Virus record (IMG/VR): IMGVR_UViG_3300043425_001634
Coordinates: 27,508-91,507 of that record
DNA from: a virus
Reading direction: 5' to 3' (one strand)
Length of the DNA stretch: 64,000 nt
The notes below the pieces were generated by a model. The model was not told the DNA's origin. It was given only the letters and a program-made list of their open reading frames with translations, and searched no databases. The stretch's first letter is position 1. Every line of letters begins with the position of its first letter. Of the stretch, positions 1 through 10,135 are shown piece by piece. Made by a program: the position numbers and the translations under genes.

Positions 1-310
1 TCGTTACGTCCCATCCGCAAACGGTAGTTATGATTTCCTCAGAGTCCGGTGAATCAAGGGATTCTAGGTTAGGCTCAAAACCTAACTCAATCAGCTTTCT
101 GGTTTCTTGGTTGTAAGGAAGTGGCATGATGGCACTATAGTAATAATCCAAAACTTTAATGATTTGAGCCTTAGTTAACCGTGACCAATCGCGCTTGTCA
201 AAACCGAGTGACCGGAAAAACCGCCGCGTGATTTTGAAGGCAGTTCGACTAAGGTGAGAGATTTTGGCCTTAAGTTGCCGGATGGTTAGCGTTGAGTAAA
301 GTCGTTTCAT
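1..310 (-). CDS. hypothetical protein, partial (runs off window start)
   Basis: ATG at 310 after GAGG; open frame MKRLYSTLTIRQLKAKISHL... to position 1. Confidence 0.55.
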   Translation of the reverse strand, partial: MKRLYSTLTIRQLKAKISHLSRTAFKITRRFFRSLGFDKRDWSRLTKAQIIKVLDYYYSAIMPLPYNQETRKLIELGFEPNLESLDSPDSEEIITTVCGWDVT

Positions 311-428
311 AGGTTCCTCACTGATAAATGAAGTACCCCCATAGCCCGAAAGCTATGGGGCGTAGGGGTTTTACGCTAGTTCTTTGGCTGCGATTGCAGC
401 CACCGTGCTGATAACTTGTTGGTCAGAT

Positions 429-611
429 TCAGACCGTGAGAATTCGGTGAAAGATTGCTTTAAGGTCAGAATTAGCGCCGCCGTTTCCGCGTCCCGTGGG
501 GTGCGCTTCAAACTTGGTAAAGAAGTGCTTACGGGCTTCAAAAACGAGAGCCTGAGAGCGGTCTAACCGATAGGTGATGCTGTCATGGGTAAAGGTTCTC
601 ATTATTTCCAC
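429..611 (-). CDS. small hypothetical protein
   Basis: 60-aa ORF overlapping the stop of the upstream 602..940 gene. Confidence 0.4.
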   Translation of the reverse strand: MEIMRTFTHDSITYRLDRSQALVFEARKHFFTKFEAHPTGRGNGGANSDLKAIFHRILTV

Positions 612-940
612 CCCCGCATCAATTCATCTGCCAGTTGTTGTTCGTCAGTCGGATCAATGTCGTCACCGGCGATGATGTCGTAAGCTTCTTGTAGAGCCAC
701 GTCCGCGTCATCGTCATCCGCGTCGTCGTCATCTAGAGATTCTTGAATTAAACCCAAAATTTCGTAAACCGTATCGCTTGCGCCTACCAATTCACGAATT
801 GTATTTTGGTCATGGCGCGATAACAGGTCTAGCGCTACCCGCAAGTAGTGGTCAGCATCCGAAAGCGCCTCTAAGAAGTCCGGGGCATCATCCTTTAATC
901 GGCGGATGATGCAATCGACATCAAACTGTGTTATATTCAT
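602..940 (-). CDS. acidic hypothetical protein
   Basis: 112-aa ORF with a D/E-rich C-terminus. Confidence 0.65.
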   Translation of the reverse strand: MNITQFDVDCIIRRLKDDAPDFLEALSDADHYLRVALDLLSRHDQNTIRELVGASDTVYEILGLIQESLDDDDADDDDADVALQEAYDIIAGDDIDPTDEQQLADELMRGWK

Positions 941-1245
941 AGGTAATGAACCTTCTAGGTACAGGTATGCCCGTGTCAGCGAAACCGTCGAAAGTTTTTG
1001 CGCTGATGCGGGTTTTAACGTTTTTGGGGTTTATGGGGTTGCATCAACGTGACCATAAGGGTCAGTCTCAACCATTCTTGGTGAGGCTTGTTTTTGCTTG
1101 CCATGCTTTGTATTATAGCACGGCATTGACTTGATGCAACCTATTTTGAAGAATAAATAAAATGACTTGATTTGGATAAAACTTAATGCAATCTATCATA
1201 AGATAGAGTACAATAGACATGATAAACTGATACTGAGGTTACGCT

Positions 1246-1521
1246 ATGGCACAAATTATAAGTATGGGTAAGGTACGGTGGCGTTTAAATGAGATCATGG
1301 CTAGATACTTTATCAGGGTTGATTACTTGGCGGAAAAGGTAGGCATTTCCGCTCAGTCACTATCAAATATGAAAAATCGTGACGATATGCCACGGATCGA
1401 CGGTGACAGACTTGGGGCGCTATGCAGACACTTAACCCTGATGGCAAGGGAGCGTGATCCGTCGGTTCTGATAACCCCTAATGATTTGATCGAATACATC
1501 CCAGACCGTGACGCGGCATGA
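1246..1521 (+). CDS. Cro/C1-type HTH transcriptional regulator (HTH_26-like)
   Basis: VRWRLNEIMAR...LAEKVGISAQSLSNMK...MPRIDGDRLGALC pattern; paralogue of 46750, 51498 and 58519. Confidence 0.85.
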   Translation: MAQIISMGKVRWRLNEIMARYFIRVDYLAEKVGISAQSLSNMKNRDDMPRIDGDRLGALCRHLTLMARERDPSVLITPNDLIEYIPDRDAA

Positions 1522-1579
1522 CCCCACTTTTCGCAAAGTGGAGTTAACGCTAGAATAATAAATCTTCAATAAAAATATA

Positions 1580-1610
1580 AAGGGCGAGGATTTTTCCTCA
1601 CCCTTTTTTT
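1580..1610. terminator. intrinsic terminator between convergent genes
   Basis: AAGGGCGAGG/CCTCACCCTT stem followed by a T-run. Confidence 0.6.
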
Positions 1611-1706
1611 ACTCCTCAATCTCAACACCACCGTAAGCTAAAAACTTTAGACGATTTACCTCAAACTTAAAATGGCGGTGTTATTGGCGTTAACAAGCCT
1701 ATCTAT

Positions 1707-2612
1707 TTAAAACAAACTGAGTTGCTGTTGATCATTTGAAACATAGGTTGCGCTAAATAATTGCTTCCTGATCAACAGCAACTCAGTTTTCTTTGACCTG
1801 GTTTGCTTTTTGTCTTTTTTCCTAATTCCTGTTGATATGGTCGAATACTTAACGTGGTACTCCCAAGAACTTTCATTATATAAACTTCGCACAAAAGGAT
1901 GATCATAGTAACTTACTACTGGTTGCCCCTTGCATTCGTGAAGCAACTCCGCCAGCCTTATATGATCTTTTTCACCAAAAGTATGGCTGTAATATTGCTC
2001 TTTCTCGACATACGGCGGGTCACAATAAAATAAAGTATGTGGCGTGTCCCATCGCGTAATACAGCGCTCAAAACAGTCATTTTCAATGTAAGCTGACTTA
2101 AAATATTTTAATGCAACTTGCAATCTTTTTGGTATGCCGCTCCAATCGGTAATTGAATTTTGAGAGCCCCATTCTTTTGCCGTCTGAAATCCCCAAGTTT
2201 CATTTTGTTTAGCAAAAGATTGCCAGTTCTTGACTAAATATTTTCTGGCTTTTTCTATCGGATCTTCGCAATTAGGCGAATTTTTAGCGTTGTTAAATTC
2301 TATCCTAGAATAAGGCGTTAGAGCAATTGCAGCTTGCAATTGCTCTGGAAAATCCCGGCAAACTTTAAATAGGTTAATGATTTCATCATCAATATCGTTT
2401 AATATAGCCCTAGGAGAGTTTTCTTGCTTTTTGATTTCGCCAAAAACTCCTTCTTGGATTAATTTAAAATAGACAGCAGCCGACCCGCAAAATGGTTCGC
2501 AATACATACTCCAATTAAACTTTTTCAAATGACTGCATATCCAAGAAGACATTTGAACCTTTCCACCTGGTCTGCCGATAATTGGGCGTGGAACTTCGGA
2601 TAAGTAACTCAT
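1707..2612 (-). CDS. DNA adenine methyltransferase (Dam/D12 class)
   Basis: GGK, EPFCGSAAV (motif I), LNDID and DPPY (motif IV); C-terminal QLSLF; ATG 2612 preferred over TTG 2639. Confidence 0.9.
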   Translation of the reverse strand: MSYLSEVPRPIIGRPGGKVQMSSWICSHLKKFNWSMYCEPFCGSAAVYFKLIQEGVFGEIKKQENSPRAILNDIDDEIINLFKVCRDFPEQLQAAIALTPYSRIEFNNAKNSPNCEDPIEKARKYLVKNWQSFAKQNETWGFQTAKEWGSQNSITDWSGIPKRLQVALKYFKSAYIENDCFERCITRWDTPHTLFYCDPPYVEKEQYYSHTFGEKDHIRLAELLHECKGQPVVSYYDHPFVRSLYNESSWEYHVKYSTISTGIRKKDKKQTRSKKTELLLIRKQLFSATYVSNDQQQLSLF

Positions 2613-2759
2613 GACTGTTGTGTAATTGCTGTGTGACAAGGAATTTCCATTGATCTCTAATGACTTAGATGCAGCATTAGAGTAAAATATTTATCTTGAA
2701 CAAGGCAATCAAGTAACGTCAAATCATAAACAATAAAAGCCTGAAAATAATTTAGGCTT

Positions 2760-3392
2760 TTATTGTAAGGGGATAGATTCATCAATCAATTCCCATTGCA
2801 CATCTCGATTAATTAAATTAGTGCTGGACGGCAATTTGATCGTATAGAGTCGGTCGGAATCTAAATCGTAGACTTTAGAGAACTGAGCCTTTTTGTCGTC
2901 AATAAATACCAATGGGGCATTCAGCCAATTTTCTTCAGTGATCGCAGGACAAAGTACATAAATCCAAGCATTTGCCAAAACGCGGGGTTTGTGTACCGAG
3001 AATCCGCGATCTCGATAACCTAGCTGATCTACCGGCAGGTAACTAGCCGCCCAATCTGGAAACAAATTATCCTCGATCAAGGAAATAATCGTCTGACAGA
3101 CAGCAAAACTGTAGTGTTCGTCTTTAGGCCAAAAATGGCAAAATTCCTTTGTAGTTGAATATGGAGGTTTGGTTTTCTGGGAATTTACATAGACCGCAGT
3201 AAGTTGGGCGATCGCGATTTCCTGAAGATGCAATTTTTGAGATTGAATTCTTTCGCCACTTGCCAGTGCATCCAGGATCAGCCATACGGGTTGACTTGAA
3301 AAATTTTCTTCATTAAATCGCGAATCATGCGGCCATAAGTCCCTTAATCGCCAGAAGATTTCGTTCCAATCTGTTTTTTGCTGGGCTTTCCC
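2760..3392 (-). CDS. tail assembly chaperone C-terminal extension (gpGT-like, reached by -1 frameshift)
   Basis: The -1 frame is open from the GGGAAAG at 3386-3392 through the 2760..3233 ORF, which has only a TTG start. Confidence 0.75.
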   Translation of the reverse strand, partial: GKAQQKTDWNEIFWRLRDLWPHDSRFNEENFSSQPVWLILDALASGERIQSQKLHLQEIAIAQLTAVYVNSQKTKPPYSTTKEFCHFWPKDEHYSFAVCQTIISLIEDNLFPDWAASYLPVDQLGYRDRGFSVHKPRVLANAWIYVLCPAITEENWLNAPLVFIDDKKAQFSKVYDLDSDRLYTIKLPSSTNLINRDVQWELIDESIPLQ

Positions 3393-4108
3393 TCTTCAGC
3401 GGCTTTTCGAGTTTCCTCCTCAGAAGGAATTTGTTTTTCAGATTCAGTCGAGTCCTCTTCTAAGTTTTCTTCCTTACGGAAAAACTTGTAAAATTCATTG
3501 ATCAATTCAACCGGCAATTCCCCAACTTCTTCTTCAGTGATAATTTCATAATCTTCAAGGATCTTTGATTCTAACCCTTTAAGGAATTTAGTAATCTCGC
3601 TTGCTGGCACCATTCCGTTAGATTTGGCCATCCATTCTTTAATCTGAGGATGCAATACCAACATGATCTGACTAACAACTGACTTGATAGCTGAAGTCGA
3701 AACGGCTAAGTTTTCAGAATGCTGTGTCTTGTTGAGTAATCGACACTGCAAAATCGCTTGAGTTGCAACAACGGAAGATCGTGCTTCGTTGTTATTAAAC
3801 AATGACCAAATCTGTTTTAGGTCTGCTAAATATTTTTGACGAATATCCTCAAGCCCTTCAAATCCAGGATTTGTGACGAGCGCGTAGGCGTCTTTGTAAG
3901 AGATGCCTTCGTCGTCTGTAATTTTAATAATTAATTTGCTCAAACTAGAATGAACGTCTGGCAGAATAGATCGCAATTCATCCATCATTGCTTTTTCTGC
4001 TTGCAGTAACCCAGTCTTGGGGACAGCAATAATCCCAATATTTTCATTGCCAATTTCAACTTCAGTGGTTTTTGGCAATACCTTAAAAACAGACTTAAGA
4101 CGAGACAT
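3344..4108 (-). CDS. tail assembly chaperone (gpG-like)
   Basis: Immediately follows the tail tube gene; in-frame G GGA AAG slippery site near its 3' end. Confidence 0.75.
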   Translation of the reverse strand: MSRLKSVFKVLPKTTEVEIGNENIGIIAVPKTGLLQAEKAMMDELRSILPDVHSSLSKLIIKITDDEGISYKDAYALVTNPGFEGLEDIRQKYLADLKQIWSLFNNNEARSSVVATQAILQCRLLNKTQHSENLAVSTSAIKSVVSQIMLVLHPQIKEWMAKSNGMVPASEITKFLKGLESKILEDYEIITEEEVGELPVELINEFYKFFRKEENLEEDSTESEKQIPSEEETRKAAEEGKPSKKQIGTKSSGD

Positions 4109-4156
4109 ATTAACTCCTAAACGAATAAGGGATATTCAACAATATCCCTTTTAAAA

Positions 4157-4870
4157 TTACGCAGCCGGGGTGTAGCTTACTGGTCCAGTAAAGCTAAATT
4201 CAATGTTTCCTGAAATCAGTCCTTTTGGAGTTGCTTCGATCGGCATGGATGTAATGACGGCAAAGCCCTCGTAGGTATCGCCAGCGGTAAATACATCTCC
4301 GCAGCCTGGTTTGGGAAAAACGATTTTTAAATACACTTTTCCGCTGCCACCATCCGCAAAAGCGTATCGAGTGTAATGGCAGGTTTGCCAGCCTGGATCT
4401 GTGGGCAAATAGTTGCCATTAGCGGATAAGTTATAACCTAATGCTGTAAACTCAAAAGCCTTCCAGCCATCATTGTCAAAGTCTTCCGATTCAACGTTTT
4501 CATCTTGAGTGGAAAGGTTGGCTGAATTTCTGCCGCCTAATCGACAAGGGTATTCGGCATCAGATCCAGAAGGAATTAAAAATTTAACAGGAGCAACAGT
4601 AAGAGCCGTTGAACCGGGTGCAATATCTGAAGTTACTTTTACTGTACTTGCTTTTCCAGTTACACTATCAACAAACTTTATCCAGATCGGGGCAAGAATC
4701 GTTTTAGTGTTAGTGGATGCAGTGATTGCGATCGACGTAGCATTAACCGCGATATCAGCAGTCGCGTTAAAGGAAACTTCTTCTGGGGCGACATAACTAC
4801 AATCGTGTGCAGGAGCGCAGTAAATTCGCGTGCCACGACCTACTTCGTAATCGATAATCTCTTTAGCCAT
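4157..4870 (-). CDS. major tail (tube) protein
   Basis: 237 aa, beta-rich, ends ...YEGFAVITSMPIEATPKGLISGNIEFSFTGPV as in siphovirus tube proteins; position before the chaperone. Confidence 0.8.
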   Translation of the reverse strand: MAKEIIDYEVGRGTRIYCAPAHDCSYVAPEEVSFNATADIAVNATSIAITASTNTKTILAPIWIKFVDSVTGKASTVKVTSDIAPGSTALTVAPVKFLIPSGSDAEYPCRLGGRNSANLSTQDENVESEDFDNDGWKAFEFTALGYNLSANGNYLPTDPGWQTCHYTRYAFADGGSGKVYLKIVFPKPGCGDVFTAGDTYEGFAVITSMPIEATPKGLISGNIEFSFTGPVSYTPAA

Positions 4871-4896
4871 TTTTGTATTTTCTCCGAGTTAAAAAA

Positions 4897-5325
4897 TTAA
4901 TTCAAGGTATAGTCTTCTTCGATCAAAAACTGTCCTTTGATCGTGTAAACTAATGGCGGCGTTGTAGTTGTTTTGAATTCAATATCAAAAACAAAGTGCT
5001 GACCAGGTTCAAAGCCCGATGTATCAGCAGATTCAATAAAAGCTTTAACAGAACTAACCGCCGGGTTAATTTGAGCTAAAGTAATTCCGCCTGCCGCACC
5101 AGAAGTTTTTGTAATCACTGCTGGGCCGACAGACCCATCTGGCATAATCATTCTGCCTGTCAAAGAAGCGCTTAATCCTGTCAAGCTATCCCCTGTAATT
5201 TTTCCAACGAGAATGATCGTGTCGCTCCTAGGAAAAACTGGTGCATAGTTAAAATTAACTGGTTTGCCATTACGTTCGTAGAACAAAGACGCATCAATAC
5301 TTTTTGGCACTTTTGAACCCCTCAA
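4897..5325 (-). CDS. putative virion structural protein (Ig/BppU-like beta domain)
   Basis: Structural operon; shares the DTS.F...Y/FD.E...G.F pattern with 5332..5718. Confidence 0.55.
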   Translation of the reverse strand: MRGSKVPKSIDASLFYERNGKPVNFNYAPVFPRSDTIILVGKITGDSLTGLSASLTGRMIMPDGSVGPAVITKTSGAAGGITLAQINPAVSSVKAFIESADTSGFEPGQHFVFDIEFKTTTTPPLVYTIKGQFLIEEDYTLN

Positions 5326-5331
5326 TGAACA

Positions 5332-5718
5332 CTAAACAGCAACATCAGGCACTAGAGCAAAAACACCTTGTTCAAGAGTGGTGATGTCAGACCCAATCGT
5401 TCGCTCTAGGTCATAAATTAATTGAATTTTTTCTTGGAAGTGGCTGGTATCGCTAGACAATAATTTCATTTCAGCCAATAAAACGTTGCCCGATCCATTA
5501 ATACTGATCGTAAAATCAAGACTTGATTTAATAACTTGAGGACTACCATTCGGGTGATCTGCAAATAGCCTAGCGACAAAACGCAGTGTTGCACCAGTTT
5601 GTTCTGGCTCTACAACTTTAATTCGTACAGTTTCTTGATCGCCTCGAAATATAGTTGATCCATTCAAAGGCTGCATTGCCTTTGCCAAGATTACGCTTAC
5701 CAGTCTGGGTGATTTCAT
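5332..5718 (-). CDS. putative virion structural protein (Ig/BppU-like beta domain)
   Basis: IFRGD...DTS...YDLE...TLEQGVF..PDV pattern; structural operon. Confidence 0.55.
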   Translation of the reverse strand: MKSPRLVSVILAKAMQPLNGSTIFRGDQETVRIKVVEPEQTGATLRFVARLFADHPNGSPQVIKSSLDFTISINGSGNVLLAEMKLLSSDTSHFQEKIQLIYDLERTIGSDITTLEQGVFALVPDVAV

Positions 5719-6383
5719 AATCCTCTAAAAATTAAAGTTCCTTCTTCCAGAAAATATTTTTTAGTTGTGCTATTTTTTAACTCCAATAAAAATTTAGTCT
5801 CATAATTTTTGTAGTTCCGAACGAAATCGGTGTCCTGTGGCAGCAAAATCACATATCCGGTGATTGTTTCATTGCCATCAAGATCAACGCTATAATCGTC
5901 AATTGCTACCCCGCCCGGATCCAACTTAATTTGCTTAGAGAGCAATAATTCTCCTGCCAGATTCTTTAAAGTAAAAGCAATATCTAGCCCAACCATTTTG
6001 CGGCCAAACAAATTAAATCCAAAAGAGTACGATCCGTTTTTTAACAAGGTCATATCCTTGATAGAGTGACCATCGAAAAATAACTGACCAACAGGATGCC
6101 TAACAGCAGGAATTGTCGTTAGTTTCCGGCAAGTAGCTTGAGATTTGGGATAAATTAACAAAATGCCATGCCGCACTCTTAGATATTGAGGAGCGCCAAA
6201 GCAAATATCTGATAAACCAAAAGAAATAAATCCGGCGCGATCTCTACCCGTTAAGGTGGGCGCAATTTGTGATATAGCCCCAGACAAAACTTCTGCTCCA
6301 CGAATTCTTGCCAGAAAATTAACAGGAATATCGAGAGACTGAGACTGCACCAAAATTTCAGAAAAACCATATAAAATAGGCAT
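5715..6383 (-). CDS. putative virion structural protein
   Basis: Translationally coupled; C-terminal half resembles the two downstream small proteins. Confidence 0.5.
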   Translation of the reverse strand: MPILYGFSEILVQSQSLDIPVNFLARIRGAEVLSGAISQIAPTLTGRDRAGFISFGLSDICFGAPQYLRVRHGILLIYPKSQATCRKLTTIPAVRHPVGQLFFDGHSIKDMTLLKNGSYSFGFNLFGRKMVGLDIAFTLKNLAGELLLSKQIKLDPGGVAIDDYSVDLDGNETITGYVILLPQDTDFVRNYKNYETKFLLELKNSTTKKYFLEEGTLIFRGL

Positions 6384-6385
6384 AA

Positions 6386-7180
6386 TTAATCAAGAGAGAC
6401 TTTGATGTCGCCAGCCAAAAACTTAAGCTGATCATTTGTAAGTAAAGCCTTTGCAGGATTGAGCATCCCATAAGCTAAATGCTGCCCACCCGACGCAGCG
6501 TTATAAATAGAAAAGTGAGAAATATTTCCAATATCGGCAGTAGCAATGGGAAACTCAATTTCTACTGCATTTTGCTTAATCCCCCCAGATGTTGCGGGGA
6601 AGTTGGTCGCATTATTGGCGATCGGCTGACGAATATATCCGCCAATTGTCGGTTCAGTTCCAGGGGTTTGATCTGTCGGCGCTGCTGTATTTAAGCCACT
6701 ATAAACAGTGGGAAACAGCGGCATTGGCACACCACGGTAAATATGATTAAAAATTAAATTCTTTAAGTATTCAGAAAAGCCACCCGCCAAAAAAGAGTGA
6801 CTTAATCCGCCCGACAAAATCACCAAAGAATCACGATTTTCAATTAACTCAGTATCGGTTGAGTTGTAGTAAACGTAGCAGTTCCCTCCTACCGCTGAAT
6901 CAAATAATCCGATCGCCACAACCGTTCCTTGATTTGCGGTCGCACGAGGACAAATAATATCTTGAACATTTTGGGTTTGTGCCACCGTGGAAGTAAGCCA
7001 AATATTACTCGCTGTAGCTACCCGATTGTATCCACCGCCTGCCGGTTCCGAACCTGGCCCTGACTCCCCAGGAGAAGTCAGGAAATAGCCAATATAAGGC
7101 GTGAATTGTGGCAGCGAAATGCCTCCGAGAATAGCATCTAAAATCTTGGCTTCTGCGTAATCTGTAAAACTTCCCGTCAT
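6386..7180 (-). CDS. tail-associated structural protein with internal domain duplication
   Basis: Two ~130-aa copies (SFTDYAEAKILD / GFSEYLKNLIFN ... GGY.R ... D/NA..GG); ATG at 7180. Confidence 0.75.
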   Translation of the reverse strand: MTGSFTDYAEAKILDAILGGISLPQFTPYIGYFLTSPGESGPGSEPAGGGYNRVATASNIWLTSTVAQTQNVQDIICPRATANQGTVVAIGLFDSAVGGNCYVYYNSTDTELIENRDSLVILSGGLSHSFLAGGFSEYLKNLIFNHIYRGVPMPLFPTVYSGLNTAAPTDQTPGTEPTIGGYIRQPIANNATNFPATSGGIKQNAVEIEFPIATADIGNISHFSIYNAASGGQHLAYGMLNPAKALLTNDQLKFLAGDIKVSLD

Positions 7181-7434
7181 AAAGTGCTCCTGTTGCACAG
7201 TGAATGGTGAACAAGTTGAACTGGTGCGGTATAAGGCTGTCTTTCGTGCAATAAAATCAAAGCAATTTTTTCTTCATTTGATGGATTATGGGGCAGTCGA
7301 AGTTGATACGCTTTTGCAACAATATCAACTTCGTCCGCAGTCATCCTACAAAGCTGATCGTGGCGAGTCATTCCACCGGATACAAGAGGATCAATAACCG
7401 TGTAAAAATTCTTCCAAGGGTGAGAGTCTACCAT
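7177..7434 (-). CDS. hypothetical protein
   Basis: 85-aa ORF overlapping both neighbours in the structural operon. Confidence 0.6.
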   Translation of the reverse strand: MVDSHPWKNFYTVIDPLVSGGMTRHDQLCRMTADEVDIVAKAYQLRLPHNPSNEEKIALILLHERQPYTAPVQLVHHSLCNRSTL

Positions 7435-7772
7435 AAGATTTTTACTGAGTAAGAGTACCCGATAGCACGAGATAATTTTGCCTTCAAATCATCCTGATAC
7501 CGCCGCAATTGACAATCTCGGTTTTTGTTAAATTCAATCACGTCAACTTTAGTCACTCCGGTTTCTTTGACTGAAATTTCATGCAATCGCTTCGACGTTT
7601 CCTTGAGTTGCTCTAACAACTCAATAACCTGTCTAACTAAATAGTCAGAAGTTTTTTCTGCATTAGCCAAGCATTGTTCAATTTCCTGAAATTTGTCTTG
7701 AGTCAACTCAAGTTCAGTTATAATTTGCCATTTTTGCTCTAAACTAAAAGCACCGCTCATTTGTTTGGACAA
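7428..7772 (-). CDS. putative head-tail connector/adaptor
   Basis: Helical 114-aa protein with KVDVIEF motif, downstream of the capsid gene. Confidence 0.5.
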   Translation of the reverse strand: MSKQMSGAFSLEQKWQIITELELTQDKFQEIEQCLANAEKTSDYLVRQVIELLEQLKETSKRLHEISVKETGVTKVDVIEFNKNRDCQLRRYQDDLKAKLSRAIGYSYSVKILW

Positions 7773-8161
7773 TCAGATTTTGCGATTGGGCAAATTTGCT
7801 TCCCGGCAAAAAAACGTTTTTTTTCTCCACAGTAAGAGCAAGTTTCTACGCCGATCGCCTGATAAAAACCAGTAGAAAATCTTGAGCGCATTTCTTGTTC
7901 TTGACTAGATTTTGGTAACGTTTCTTCTTGATCGACTGAATTGCTCTTGTCTTCGCCAATTGACTCAGGCAATTGAATCAATCCGGATCCAGATTCAGAT
8001 TGAAATAACAAATTTTGATTGCTTGATTGTTTCTCCAGGATTAAAGGAATTGCTTCAGTCCATCCATTTTCGGGTTTTGGAATTTGCAAGGATTCAGCGA
8101 TTTCCTTAATTTCTCTCCAATCAAGCTGAGATAGCTCAGTATTGGACCACATTTTAGCCAC
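7757..8161 (-). CDS. hypothetical protein (N-terminal helix-extension-helix-like segment, C-terminal Cys cluster)
   Basis: ELSQLDWREIKEIAESLQI; CSYC...CP....CP. Confidence 0.65.
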   Translation of the reverse strand: MAKMWSNTELSQLDWREIKEIAESLQIPKPENGWTEAIPLILEKQSSNQNLLFQSESGSGLIQLPESIGEDKSNSVDQEETLPKSSQEQEMRSRFSTGFYQAIGVETCSYCGEKKRFFAGKQICPIAKSDCPNK

Positions 8162-10012
8162 CTACACTGGAGAATCAGCTAGACGAATCTCGACAACTCT
8201 TAATTGTTCGTTGCCCGATCCACCCGCGCGAGCGGGATCAATATCTAGCGCCCCGCAGCCTTCGTGAGATAACCAAATATAGCGGTTCAATCGGCCAAAG
8301 TCGTCATTGTTATCGCGCCGCAACATCATTGGCATTGATGTCGCCCATCCAATAGAATCGGGACCAAAGGCAAAGCCTGATCTCATTACTTTTGATGCGC
8401 CGCCGCCAACTGCTTCTTGTGCAACTCCAGTCGTTCCCACCGCACCTGTACTAAAGCTGCTGCCCTGGAAAATATGAAATCCAGCGATCTTGCCGACATA
8501 TCCAGAGATTCGATTGATTTCATTATTTTGAGTTGCGTTCACGAACATATTCGTCACGCTTTCAACATTTTCTTTTGAAATATATTGATGGTGTGAATAT
8601 GTGTCAGATTGCAATTGCCCAACATGATTTGGGGGGCAAGCAATTCCATAGCAACCGTCTTCGTAAGTGGGAATATTTTGTGAGGCTAAATAAGCGTACA
8701 ACTGACCCAAAAATGGAACGGTCATTTGTCCACCAGAGGTCACCTGTGCCGCTGTGGAAACTACTCCACCGCCAGAACTGTAGACAACATTTGTTGTCGT
8801 AAACCAAATCTCCTGGTGGGCCAAATCCTCCCACTGAGCATAGTTATAAGCAATACGACGGCGCAGGACCATCTCTAAATCAACAAGCGAGTAAGCGGTA
8901 ATAAATTCGGGAATTGCCACCGCAGGATTTGATGCAGTTTTTCCCATCCCGTTTTCGAGAATTACTACTGATTCTGCCGTGCTAGTTAAAGGCTGACTTG
9001 CGATATTAGTTGGAGTACCCGGAGTTAACGTCCAGTCGGCTGCTACCGTACCACCTTGAACGTGAGGAATACGAGGTACTAAAATCGTCTGTCCCGGAGG
9101 AATCCCTGTTTGAATTCGGCGATTACTGAATTGCCACAAAACGTGAGCGGGGGTATGCTCCAATCGCATCGACTCAGAAAGATAATCCAGAAAAAGAGGA
9201 GGCACGTCCGCTAAAGTAGTTGGGGCGTCAATACCAGCGCCGGATCCCCCGCCACCTCGCAAAAAACCGTGTTTTTTGGCATAACATTCCATGCCATCTC
9301 TAAGTGCACCACGATTTTTCTTGACGAATTTCACTAAAGGCCGGTTATCAACCTGAAGACTGACCTTTCCCGTGGCATGATCGGTTACGTGGATACCAGA
9401 TTTTTTCACTCCATCAGAAATTCTTTGAAATTCGCGAAATGCGGCGTCGCCGTCTAAGGCTTGTTTTGCAGCGGTGGCAATATATGGACCGGTTACAGCG
9501 GTAGAAGAAGGCGATCGCAGATCAAGACCTGGTACGGGAGAATAGCCAAAATCATTCACCACGCTGGCTATTAAATTTTTTTCGTCAACCGCTTTTTTTA
9601 GCTTTGCTTCGTATTCTTGCTTAAGCTGCTCTTTGGCGTCTCTTTCTTTGGTGATCTGTTCGACCAATGATTGATTTTGGTCTTCTGCCTTTGCAAGTCG
9701 CTCTGAAATGTCCTTAGTTACATCTGCGGCTTTTCTCTCAAACATTTTTTGCAGCATATCCTTGCTAAGAGAAATGTTGCCATTATCTTCAAAGCTAATC
9801 TGAGGAGTAATTGCCTGAATCGCCCGATCCAAAGACTGAGAAGGCTTGTCTTCTTCTGCGGCAGAATCACTGCCTTTAATGCTACTGGGAAAAACCTGTA
9901 CAGGAACAGAGTCACCTGAATCAGTTGTAGCTGGTTGAGTTTTTTTCAAATTATCTTTGCCTGACTTTGCCCGATTGATGGCATCGATAATACCTTGTTC
10001 GTTTGTGGCCAT
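8162..10012 (-). CDS. major capsid protein with N-terminal scaffold-like region
   Basis: 616 aa; N-terminal coiled coil; C-terminal ~350 aa capsid-like (GQTILVPR, GYVGKIAGFHI, DDFGRLNRYIW); follows the prohead protease. Confidence 0.8.
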   Translation of the reverse strand: MATNEQGIIDAINRAKSGKDNLKKTQPATTDSGDSVPVQVFPSSIKGSDSAAEEDKPSQSLDRAIQAITPQISFEDNGNISLSKDMLQKMFERKAADVTKDISERLAKAEDQNQSLVEQITKERDAKEQLKQEYEAKLKKAVDEKNLIASVVNDFGYSPVPGLDLRSPSSTAVTGPYIATAAKQALDGDAAFREFQRISDGVKKSGIHVTDHATGKVSLQVDNRPLVKFVKKNRGALRDGMECYAKKHGFLRGGGGSGAGIDAPTTLADVPPLFLDYLSESMRLEHTPAHVLWQFSNRRIQTGIPPGQTILVPRIPHVQGGTVAADWTLTPGTPTNIASQPLTSTAESVVILENGMGKTASNPAVAIPEFITAYSLVDLEMVLRRRIAYNYAQWEDLAHQEIWFTTTNVVYSSGGGVVSTAAQVTSGGQMTVPFLGQLYAYLASQNIPTYEDGCYGIACPPNHVGQLQSDTYSHHQYISKENVESVTNMFVNATQNNEINRISGYVGKIAGFHIFQGSSFSTGAVGTTGVAQEAVGGGASKVMRSGFAFGPDSIGWATSMPMMLRRDNNDDFGRLNRYIWLSHEGCGALDIDPARAGGSGNEQLRVVEIRLADSPV

Positions 10013-10135
10013 GATTTATTTTATTGCTGTCTTTATGGCCAATGCTAATAAAAAATAGTATGATCTTCAAGTAAATAGACATATAGCAACTAAATAGACG
10101 CTATATGAATCAAGCTAATTGTATTTTGCCGTAAA

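Noticed and set aside
4509-4796. Short ORFs antisense or nested within long genes (this and many similar entries in the track)
   Set aside because: They are shadow frames of well-supported genes, with no motifs or RBS.
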